A stretch of 64,000 nucleotides of DNA from the human T2T-CHM13v2.0 reference genome, Homo sapiens. The translations under genes and the position numbers were made by a program. The notes under the pieces are model-generated. The model saw only the letters and a program-made list of their open reading frames with translations, did no database searches and had not been told where the DNA came from. The first letter of the stretch is position 1; each line of letters begins with the position of its first letter. The stretch lies in NCBI RefSeq assembly GCF_009914755.1, contig NC_060925.1; one strand, 5' to 3'. Shown here piece by piece: positions 1 through 12,800 of this stretch.

Positions 1-3000
1 AATGGACTGGAATGGAATCATTGAATGGACTCGAAAGGGATCATGATTGAATGGAATTGAATGGAATCATCGAATGGTCTCGATTGGAATCATTATCAAA
101 TGGAATCGAATGGAATCACCGAATAGAATCGAATGGAACAATCATCGAATGGACTCAAATGGAATTATCCTCAAATGGAATTGAATGGAATTATCGAATG
201 CAATCGAATGGAATTATCGAATGCAATCGAATAGAATCATCGAATGGACTCGAATGGAATCATCGAATGGAATGGAATGGAACAGTCAATGAACTCGAAT
301 GGAATCATCATTGAATGGAATCGAATGGAATCATCGAGTGGAATCGAATGTAATCATCATCAAATGGAATCAAAAATAACCATCATCAAATGGAATCAAA
401 AATAACAATCATCAATTGGTATTGAATGGAATTCTCTTCAAATGGAATTCAAAGGAATCATCATCAAATGGAACCGAATGGAATCCTCATTGAATGGAAA
501 TGAAAGGGGTCATCATCTAATGGAATCGCATGGAATCATCATCAAATGGAATCGAATGGAATCATCATCAAATGGAATCTAATGGAATCATTGAAAAGAA
601 TTGAATGGAATCATCATCGAATGAATTGAATGCAATCATCGAATGGTCTCGAATGGAATCATCTTCTAATGGAAAGGAATGGAATCATCGCATAGAATCG
701 AATGGAATTAACATTGAATGGAATCGAATGGAATCAACATCAAATGGAATCAAGCGGAATTATCGAATGAAATCGAAGAGAATCATCGAATGGACTCGAA
801 GGGAATCATCTAATGGAATGGAATGGAATAATCCACGGACTCGAATGCAATCATCATCGTATAGAATCGAATGGAATCATCGAATGGACTCGAGTGGAAT
901 AACCATTGAACGGAATCGAATGGAATCATCATCGGATGGAAACGAATGGAATCATCATCGAATGGAAATGAAAGGAGTCATCATCTAATGGAATTGCATG
1001 GAATCATCATAAAATGGAATCGAATGGAATCATCATCAAATGGAATCAAATGGAAGCATTGAACGGAATTGAATGGAATCGTCATCGAATGAATTGAATG
1101 CAATCATCGAATGGTCTCGAATGGAATCATCTTCAAATGGAATGGAATGGAATCATCGCATAGAATCGAATGGAATTATCATCGAATGGAATCGAATGGT
1201 ATCAACATCAAACGGAAAAAAACGGAATTACCGAATGGAATCGAAGAGAATCTTCGAACGGACCCGAATGGAATCATCTAATGGAATGGAATGGAATAAT
1301 CCATGGACTCGAATGCAATCATCATCGAATGGAATCGAATGGAATCATCGAATGGACTCGAATGGAATAATCATTGAACGGAATCGAATGGAATCATCAT
1401 CGCATGGAAATGAATGGAATCCTCATCGAATGGAATCGAATAGAATTATGGAATGAAATCCAGTGTGATCATCATCGAATGGACCCGAATGGAATCATCA
1501 TCCAACGGAAGCTAATGGAATCAACATCGAATGAATCGAATGGAAACACCATCGAATTGAAACGAATGGAATTTTCATGAAATTGAAATGGATGGACCCA
1601 TCATCGAATGGATTCGAATGGAATCATCGAATAAAATTGATTGAAATCATCATCAAATGGAATCGAATGGTGTCATTGAATGGGATCGAATGGAATCATC
1701 GTCAGATGGAAATGAATGGAATCGTCATAGAATGGAATCGAATGGATTCATTGAATGGAATCAGATGGAATCATCGAATGGACTGGAATGGAATCATTGA
1801 ATGGACACGAATGGAATCATTATTGAATGGAATTGAATGGAATCATCGAATGGTCTCGATTGGAATCATTACCAAATGGAATCGAATGGAATCACCGAAT
1901 AGAATCGAATGGAACAATCATCGAATGGACTCAAATGGAATTATCCTCAAATGGAATCGAATGGAATTATCGAATGCAATCGAATGGAATTATCGAATGC
2001 AATCGAATAGAATCATCGAATGGACTCGAATGGAATCATCGAATGGAATGGAATGGAACAGTCAATGAACTCGAATGGAATCATCATTGAATGGAATCGA
2101 ATGGAATCATCGAGTGGAATCGAATGGAATTATGATCAAATGGAATCGAATGTAATCCTCATCAAATGGAATCAAAAATAACCATCATCAATTGGTATTG
2201 AATGGAATTGTCATCAAATGGAATTCAAAGGAATCATCATCAAATGGAACCGAATGGAATCCTCATTGAATGGAAATGAAAGTGGTCATCATCTAATGGA
2301 ATCGCATGGAATCATCATCAAATGGAATCGAGTGGAATCATCATCAAATGGAATCTAAGGGAATCATTGAACAGAATTGAATGGAATCCTCATCGAATGA
2401 ATTGAATGCAACCATCGAATGGTCTCGAATGGAATCATCTTCAAATGGAAAGGAATGGAATCATCGCATAGAATCGAATGGAATTATCATCGAATGGAAT
2501 CCAATGGTATCAACATCAAACGGAAAAAAACGGAATTATGGAATGGAATCGAAGAGAATCTTCGAACGGACCCGAATGGAATCATCTAATGGAATGGAAT
2601 GGAATAATCCATGGACTCGAATGCAATCATGATCCAATGGAATCGAATGGAATCATCGAATGGACTCGAATGGAATAATCATTGAACGGAATCGAATGGA
2701 ATCATCATCGGATGGAAACGAATGGAATCATCATCGAATGGAAATGAAAGGAGTCATCATCTAATGGAATTGCATGGAATCATCATAAAATGGAATCGAA
2801 GGGAATCAACATCAAATGGAATCAAATGGAATCATTGAACGGAATTGAATGGAATCGTCATCGAATGAATTGACTGCAATCATCGAATGGTCTCGAATGG
2901 AATCATCTTCGAATGGAATGGAATGGAATCATCGCATAGAATCGAATGGAATTATCATCGAATGGATTCGAATGGAATCAACATCAAACGGAAAATAACG

Positions 3001-6000
3001 GAATTATCGAATGGAATCGAAGGGAATCATCGAATGGACCCGAATGGAATCATCTAATGGAATGGAATGGAATAATCCATGGACTCGAATGCAATCATCA
3101 TCGAATGGAATCGAATGGAATCATCGAATGGACTCGAATGGAATAATCATTGAACGGAATCGAATGGAATCATCATCGGATGGAAATGAATGGAATCATC
3201 ATCGAATGGAATCGAATAGAATTATGGAATGAAATCCAGTGTGATCATCATCGAATGGACAAGAATGGAATCATCATCCAACGGAAGCTAATGGAATCAA
3301 CATCGAATGAATCAAATGGAAACACCATCGAATTGAAACGAATGGAATTACCATGAAATTGAAATGGATGGACTCATCATCGAATGGATTCGAATGGAAT
3401 CATCGAATAAAATTGATTGAAATCATCATCGAATGGAATCGAATGGTATCATTGAATGGAATCGAATGGAATCAACATCAGATGGAAATGAATGGAATCG
3501 TCATAGAATGGAATCGAATGGATTCATTGAATGGAATCAGATGGAATCATCGAATGGACTGGAATGGAATCATTGAATGGACTCGAAAGGGATCATGATT
3601 GAATGGAATTGAATGGAATCATCGAATGGTCTCGATTGGAATCATTATCAAATGGAATCGAATGGAATCACCGAATAGAATCGAATGGAACAATCATCGA
3701 ATGGACTCAAATGGAATTATCCTCCAATGGAATCGAATGGAATTATCGAATGCAATCGAATGGAATTATCGAATGCAATCGAATAGAATCATCGAATGGA
3801 CTCGAATGGAATCATCGAATGGAGTGGAATGGAACAGTCAATGAACTCGAATGGAATCATCATTGAATGGAATCGAATGGAATCATCGAGTGGAATCGAA
3901 TGGAATTATGATCAAATGGAATCGAATGTAATCATCATCAAATGGAATCAAAAATAACCATCATCAATTGGTATTGAATGGAATTCTCATCAAATGGAAT
4001 TCAAAGGAATCATCATCAAATGGAACCGAATGGAATCCTCATTGAATGGAAATGAAAGGGGTCATCATCTAATGGAATCGCATGGAATCATCATCAAATT
4101 GAATCGAATGGAATCATCATCAAATGGAATCTAATGGAATCATTGAACAGAATTGAATGGAATCGTCATCGAATGAATTGAATGCAATCATCGAATGGTC
4201 TCGAATGGAATCATCTTCTAATGGAAAGGAATGGAATCATCGCATAGAAACGAATGGAATTATCATCGAATGGAATCGAATGGTATCAACATCAAACGGA
4301 AAAAAACGGAATTATCGAATGGAATCGAAGAGAATCTTCGAACGGACCCGAATGGAATCATCTAATGGAATGGAATGGAATAATCCATGGACTCGAATGC
4401 AATGATCATCGAATGGAATCCAATGGAATCATCGAATGGACTCGAATGGAATAATCATTGAACGGAATCGAATGGAATCATCATCGGATGGAAACGAATG
4501 GAATCATCATCGAATGGAATCGAATAGAATTATGGAATGAAATCCAGTGTGATCATCATCGAATGGACCCGAATGGAATCATCATCCAACGGAAGCTAAT
4601 GGAATCAACATCGAATGAATCAAATGGAAACACCATCGAATTGAAACGAATGGAATTACCATGAAATTGAAATGGATGGACTCATCATCAAATGGATTCG
4701 AATGGAATCATCGAATAAAATTGATTGAAATCATCATCGAATGGAATCGAATGGTATCATTGAATGGAATCGAATGGAATCATCATCAGATGGAAATGAA
4801 TGGAATCGTCATAGAATGGAATCGAATGGATTCATTGAATGGAATCAGATGGAATCATTGAATGGACTGGAATGGAATCATTGAATGGACTCGAAAGGGA
4901 TCATTATTGAATGGAATTGAATGGAATCATCGAATGGTCTCGATTGGAATCATTATCAAATGGAATCGAATGGAATCACCGAATAGAATCGAATGGAACA
5001 ATCATCGAATGGACTCAAATGGAATTATCCTCCAATGGAATCGAATGGAATTATCGAATGCAATCAAATGGAATTATCGAATGCAATCGAATAGAATCAT
5101 CGAATGGACTCGAATGGAATCATCGAATGGAATGGAATGGAACAGTCAATGAACTCGAATGGAATCATCATTGAATGGAATCGAATGGAATCATCGAGTG
5201 GAATCTAAAGGAATTATGACCAAATGGAATCGAATGTAATCATCATCAAATGGAATCAAAAATAACCATCATGAATTGGTATTGAATGGAATTGTCATCA
5301 AATGGAATTCAAAGGAATCATCATCAAATGGAACCGAATGGAATCCTCATTGAATGGAAATGAAAGGGGTTATCATCTAATGGAATCGCATGGAATCATC
5401 ATCAAATGGAATCGAATGGAATCATTGAAAAGAATTGAATGGAATCGTCATCGAATGAATTGAATGCAATCATCGAATGGTCTCGAATGGAATCATCTTC
5501 TAATGGAAAGGAATGGAATCATCGCATAGAATCGAATGCAATTATCATCGAATGGAATCGAATGGTATCAACACCAAACGGAAAAAAACGGAATTATCGA
5601 ATGGAATCGAAGAGAATCTTCGAACGGACCCGAATGGAATCATCTAATGGAATGGAATGGAATAATCCATGGACTCGAATGCAATCATCATCGAATGGAA
5701 TCGAATGGAATCATCGAATGGACTCGAATGGAATAATCATTGAACGGAATCGAATGGAATCATCATCGGATGGAAACGAATGGAATCATCATCGAATGGA
5801 AATGAAAGGAGTCATCATCTAATGGAATTGCATGGAATCATCATCAAATGGAATCGAATGGAATCAACATCAAATGGAATCAAATGGAATCATTGAACGG
5901 AATTGAATGGAATCGTCATCGAATGAATTGACTGCAATCATCGAATGGTCTCGAATGGAATCATCTTCAAATGGAATGGAATGGAATCATCGCATAGAAT

Positions 6001-6857
6001 CGAATGGAATTATCATCGAATGGAATCGAATGGAATCAACATCAAACGGAAAAAAACGGAATTATCGAATGGAATCGAAGAGAATCATCGAATGGACCCG
6101 AATGGAATCATCTAATGGAATGGAATGGAATAATCCATGGACTCGAATGCAATCATCACCGAATGGAATCGAATGGAATCATCGAATGGACTCGAATGGA
6201 ATAATCATTGAACGGAATCGAATGGAATCATCATCGGATGGAAATGAAAGGAGTCATCATCTAATGGAATTGCATGGAATCATCATAAAATGGAATCGAA
6301 TGGAATCAACATCAAATGGAATCAAATGGAATCATTGAACGGAATTGAATGGAATCGTCATCGAATGAATTGAATGCAATCATCGAATGGTCTCGAATGG
6401 AATCATCTTCAAATGGAATGGAATGGAATGGAATCATCGCATAGAATCGAATGGAATTATCATCGAATGGAATCGAATGGAATCAACATCAAACGGAAAA
6501 ATAAGGAATTATCGAATGGAATCGAAGAGAATCATCGAATGGACCCGAATGGAATCATCTAATGGAATGGAATGGAATAATCCATGGACTCGAATGCAAT
6601 CATCATCGAATGGAATCGAATGGAATCATCGAATGGACTCGTATGGAATAATCATTGAACGGAATCGAATGGAATCGTCATCGGATGGAAATGAATGGAA
6701 TCATCATCGAATGGAATCGAATAGAATTATGGAATGAAATCCAGTGTGATCATCATCGAATGGACCCGAATGGAATCATCATCCAACGGAAGCTAATGGA
6801 ATCAACATCGAATGAATCGAATGGAAACGCCATCGAATTGAAACGAATGGAATTACA
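1..6857 (+). repeat. Four-unit (7083-bp period) variant of the same higher-order repeat, truncated by the window start
   Basis: Markers recur at +7083 (358/7441, 605/7688, 1577/8660, 3353/10436, 4661/11744). This copy lacks the unit body carrying ttcggatgtaaaagaatgg and has a 26-bp deletion near 5410. Confidence 0.88.
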
Positions 6858-9800
6858 ATGAAATTGAAATGGATGGACTCATCATCGAATGGATTCCAAT
6901 GGAATCATCGAATAAAATTGATTGAAATCATCATCGAATGGTATCGAATGGTATCATTGAATGGAATCGAATGGAATCATCATCAGATGGAAATGAATGG
7001 AATCGTCATAGAATGGAATCGAATGGATTCATTGAATGGAATCAGATGGAATCATCGAATGGACTGGAATGGAATCATTGAATGGACTCGAAAGGGATCA
7101 TGATTGAATGGAATTGAATGGAATCATCGAATGGTCTCGATTGGAATCATTATCAAATGGAATCGAATGGAATCACCGAATAGAATCGAATGGAACAATC
7201 ATCGAATGGACTCAAATGGAATTATCCTCAAATGGAATCGAATGGAATTATCGAATGCAATCGAATGGAATTATCGAATGCAATCGAATAGAATCATCGA
7301 ATGGACTCGAATGGAATCATCGAATGGAATGGAATGGAACAGTCAATGAACTCGAATGGAATCATCATTGAATGGAATCGAATGGAATCATCGAGTGGAA
7401 TCGAATGGAATTATGATCAAATGGAATCGAATGTAATCATCATCAAATGGAATCAAAAATAACCATCATCAAATGGAATCAAAAATAACAATCATCAATT
7501 GGTATTGAATGGAATTCTCATCAAATGGAATTCAAAGGAATCATCATCAAATGGAACCGAATGGAATCCTCATTGAATGGAAATGAAAGGGGTCATCATC
7601 TAATGGAATCGCATGGAATCATCATCAAATGGAATCGAATGGAATCATCATCAAATGGAATCTAATGGAATCATTGAAAAGAATTGAATGGAATCGTCAT
7701 CGAATGAATTGAATGCAATCATCGAATGGTCTCGAATGGAATCATCTTCTAATGGAAAGGAATGGAATCATCGCATAGAATCGAATGGAATTAACATTGA
7801 ATGGAATCGAATGGAATCAACATCAAATGGAATCAAGCGGAATTATCGAATGAAATCGAAGAGAATCATCGAATGGACTCGAATGGAATCATCTAATGGA
7901 ATGGAATGGAATAATCCACGGACTCGAATGCAATCATCATCGTATAGAATCGAATGGAATCATCGAATGGACTCGAATGGAATAACCATTGAACGGAATC
8001 GAATGGAATCATCATCGGATGGAAACGAATGGAATCATCATCGAATGGAAATGAAAGGAGTCATCATCTAATGGAATTGCATGGAATCATCATAAAATGG
8101 AATCGAATGGAATCATCATCAAATGGAATCAAATGGAAGCATTGAACGGAATTGAATGGAATCGTCATCGAATGAATTGAATGCAATCATCGAATGGTCT
8201 CTAATGGAATCATCTTCAAATGGAATGGAATGGAATCATCGCATAGAATCGAATGGAATTATCATCGAATGGAATTGAATGGTATCAACATCAAACGGAA
8301 AAAAACGGAATTACCGAATGGAATCGAAGAGAATCTTTGAACGGACTCGAATGGAATCATCTAATGGAATGGAATGGAATAATCCATGGACTCGAATGCA
8401 ATCATCATCGAATGGAATCGAATGGAATCATTGAATGGACTCGAATGGAATAATCATTGAACGGAATCGAATGGAATCATCATCGGATGGAAATGAATGG
8501 AATCCTCATCGAATGGAATCGAATAGAATTATGGAATGAAATCCAGTGTGATCATCATCGAATGGACCCGAATGGAATCATCATCCAACGGAAGCTAATG
8601 GAATCAACATCGAATGAATCGAATGGAAACACCATCGAATTGAAACGAATGGAATTATCATGAAATTGAAATGGATGGACCCATCATCGAATGGATTCGA
8701 ATGGAATCATCGAATAAAATTGATTGAAATCATCATCAAATGGAATCGAATGGTGTCATTGAATGGGATCGAATGGAATCATCGTCAGATGGAAACGAAT
8801 GGAATCGTCATAGAATGGAATCGAATGGATTCATTGAATGGAATCAGATGGAATCATCGAATGGACTGGAATGGAATCATTGAATGGACACGAATGGGAT
8901 CATTATTGAATGGAATTGAATGGAATCATCGAATGGTCTCGATTGGAATCATTATCAAATGGAATCGAATGGAATCACCGAATAGAATCGAATGGAACAA
9001 TCATCGAATGGACTCAAATGGAATTATCCTCAAATGGAATCGAATGGAATTATCGAATGCAATCGAATGGAATTATCGAATGCAATCGAATAGAATCATC
9101 GAATGGACTCGAATGGAATCATCGAATGGAATGGAATGGAACAGTCAATGAACTCGAATGGAATCATCATTGAATGGAATCGAATGGAATCATCGAGTGG
9201 AATCGAATGGAATTATGATCAAATGGAATCGAATGTAATCCTCATCAAATGGAATCAAAAATAACCATCATCAATTGGTATTGAATGGAATTGTCATCAA
9301 ATGGAATTCAAAGGAATCATCATCAAATGGAACCGAATGGAATCCTCATTGAATGGAAATGAAAGTGGTCATCATCTAATGGAATCGCATGGAATCATCA
9401 TCAAATGGAATCGAGTGGAATCATCATCAAATGGAATCTAAGGGAATCATTGAACAGAATTGAATGGAATCCTCATCGAATGAATTGAATGCAATCATCG
9501 AATGGTCTCGAATGGAATCATCTTCAAATGGAAAGGAATGGAATCATCGCATAGAATCGAATGGAATTATCATCGAATGGAATCCAATGGTATCAACATC
9601 AAACGGAAAAAAACGGAATTATGGAATGGAATCTAAGAGAATCTTCGAACGGACCCGAATGGAATCATCTAATGGAATGGAATGGAATAATCCATGGACT
9701 CGAATGCAATCATGATCAAATGGAATCGAATGGAATCATCGAATGGACTCGAATGGAATAATCATTGAACGGAATCGAATGGAATCATCATCGGATGGAA

Positions 9801-12800
9801 ACGAATGGAATCATCATCGAATGGAAATGAAAGGAGTCATCATCTAATGGAATTGCATGGAATCATCATAAAATGGAATCGAAGGGAATCAACATCAAAT
9901 GGAATCAAATGGAATCATTGAACGGAATTGAATGGAATCGTCATCGAATGAATTGACTGCAATCATCGAATGGTCTCGAATGGAATCATCTTCAAATGGA
10001 ATGGAATGGAATCATCGCATAGAATCGAATGGAATTATCATCGAATGGATTCGAATGGAATCAACATCAAACGGAAAAAAACGGAATTATCGAATGGAAT
10101 CGAAGGGAATCATCGAATGGACCCGAATGGAATCATCTAATGGAATGGAATGGAATAATCCATGGACTCGAATGCAATCATCATCGAATGGAATCGAATG
10201 GAATCATCGAATGGACTCGAATGGAATAATCATTGAACGGAATCGAATGGAATCATCATCGGATGGAAATGAATGGAATCATCATCGAATGGAATCGAAT
10301 AGAATTATGGAATGAAATCCAGTGTGATCATCATCGAATGGACAAGAATGGAATCATCATCCAACGGAAGCTAATGGAATCAACATCGAATGAATCAAAT
10401 GGAAACACCATCGAATTGAAACGAATGGGATTACCATGAAATTGAAATGGATGGACTCATCATCGAATGGATTCGAATGGAATCATCGAATAAAATTGAT
10501 TGAAATCATCATCGAATGGAATCGAATGGTATCATTGAATGGAATCGAATGGAATCATCATCAGATGGAAATGAATGGAATCGTCATAGAATGGAATCGA
10601 ATGGATTCATTGAATGGAATCAGATGGAATCATCGAATGGACTGGAATGGAATCATTGAATGGACTCGAAAGGGATCATTATTGAATGGAATTGAATGGA
10701 ATCATCGAATGGTCTCGATTGGAATCATTATCAAATGGAATCGAATGGAATCACCGAATAGAATCGAATGGAACAATCATCGAATGGACTCAAATGGAAT
10801 TATCCTCAAATGGAATCGAATGGAATTATCGAATGCAATCGAATGGAATTATCGAATGCAATCGAATAGAATCATCGAATGGACTCGAATGGAATCATCG
10901 AATGGAGTGGAATGGAACAGTCAATGAACTCGAATGGAATCATCATTGAATGGAATCGAATGGAATCATCGAGTGGAATCGAATGGAATTATGATCAAAT
11001 GGAATCGAATGTAATCATCATCAAATGGAATCAAAAATAACCATCATCAATTGGTATTGAATGGAATTCTCATCAAATGGAATTCAAAGGAATCATCATC
11101 AAATGGAACCGAATGGAATCCTCATTGAATGGAAATGAAAGGGGTCATCATCTAATGGAATCGCATGGAATCATCATCAAATTGAATCGAATGGAATCAT
11201 CATCAAATGGAATCTAATGGAATCATTGAACAGAATTGAATGGAATCGTCATCGAATGAATTGAATGCAATCATCGAATGGTCTCGAATGGAATCATCTT
11301 CTAATGGAAAGGAATGGAATCATCGCATAGAAACGAATGGAATTATCATCGAATGGAATCGAATGGTATCAACACCAAACGGAAAAAAACGGAATTATCG
11401 AATGGAATCGAAGAGAATCTTCGAACGGACCCGAATGGAATCATCTAATGGAATGGAATGGAATAATCCATGGACTCGAATGCAATGATCATCGAATGGA
11501 ATCCAATGGAATCATCGAATGGACTCGAATGGAATAATCATTGAACGGAATCGAATGGAATCATCATCGGATGGAAACGAATGGAATCATCATCGAATGG
11601 AATCGAATAGAATTATGGAATGAAATCCAGTGTGATCATCATCGAATGGACCCGAATGGAATCATCATCCAACGGAAGCTAATGGAATCAACATCGAATG
11701 AATCAAATGGAAACACCATCGAATTGAAACGAATGGAATTACCATGAAATTGAAATGGATGGACTCATCATCAAATGGATTCGAATGGAATCATCGAATA
11801 AAATTGATTGAAATCATCATCGAATGGAATCGAATGGTATCATTGAATGGAATCGAATGGAATCATCATCAGATGGAAATGAATGGAATCGTCATAGAAT
11901 GGAATCGAATGGATTCATTGAATGGAATCAGATGGAATCATTGAATGGACTGGAATGGAATCATTGAATGGACTCGAAAGGGATCATTATTGAATGGAAT
12001 TGAATGGAATCATCGAATGGTCTCGATTGGAATCATTATCAAATGGAATCGAATGGAATCACCGAATAGAATCGAATGGAACAATCATCGAATGGACTCA
12101 AATGGAATTATCCTCCAATGGAATCGAATGGAATTATCGAATGCAATCGAATGGAATTATCGAATGCAATCGAATAGAATCATCGAATGGACTCGAATGG
12201 AATCATCGAATGGAATGGAATGGAACAGTCAATGAACTCGAATGGAATCATCATTGAATGGAATCGAATGGAATCATCGAGTGGAATCGAAAGGAATTAT
12301 GACCAAATGGAATCGAATGTAATCATCATCAAATGGAATCAAAAATAACCATCATGAATTGGTATTGAATGGAATTGTCATCAAATGGAATTCAAAGGAA
12401 TCATCATCAAATGGAACCGAATGGAATCCTCATTGAATGGAAATGAAAGGGGTCATCATCTAATGGAATCGCATGGAATCATCATCAAATGGAATCGAAT
12501 GGAATCAACATCAAAAGGAATCAAATGGAATCATTGAACGGAATTGAATGGAATCATCATCGAATGAATTGAATGCAATCATCGAATGGTCTCGAATGAA
12601 ATCATCTTCAAATGGAATGGAATGGAATCATCGCATAGAATCGAATGGAATTATCATCGAATGGAATCGAATGGTATCAACATCAAACGGAAAAAAACGG
12701 AATTATCGAATGGAATCGAAGAGAATCCTCGAACGGACCCGAATGGAATCATCTAATGGAATGGAATGGAATAATCCATGGAGTCGAATGCAATCATCAT

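Noticed and set aside
1211-1227. aaacggaaaaaaacgg as a CENP-B box or retro-insertion poly(A) with target-site duplication
   Set aside because: It does not match the 17-bp CENP-B box. It aligns without a gap to ggaatcaagcgg in the X variant, so it is a substitution-derived A-tract within the sub-repeat.
1638-1649. Canonical DUX4 site
   Set aside because: tgattgaaatca has four bases between the TGAT and ATCA half-sites, whereas the DUX4 consensus TAAYYYAATCA has three. tgattgaatgg (e.g. ~3596) is only a partial match, so no site is annotated.
2041-2058. TEAD (GGAATG) or HSF (nGAAn) motifs as regulatory elements
   Set aside because: These short motifs are an automatic result of the pentamer composition, and occupancy cannot be inferred from sequence.
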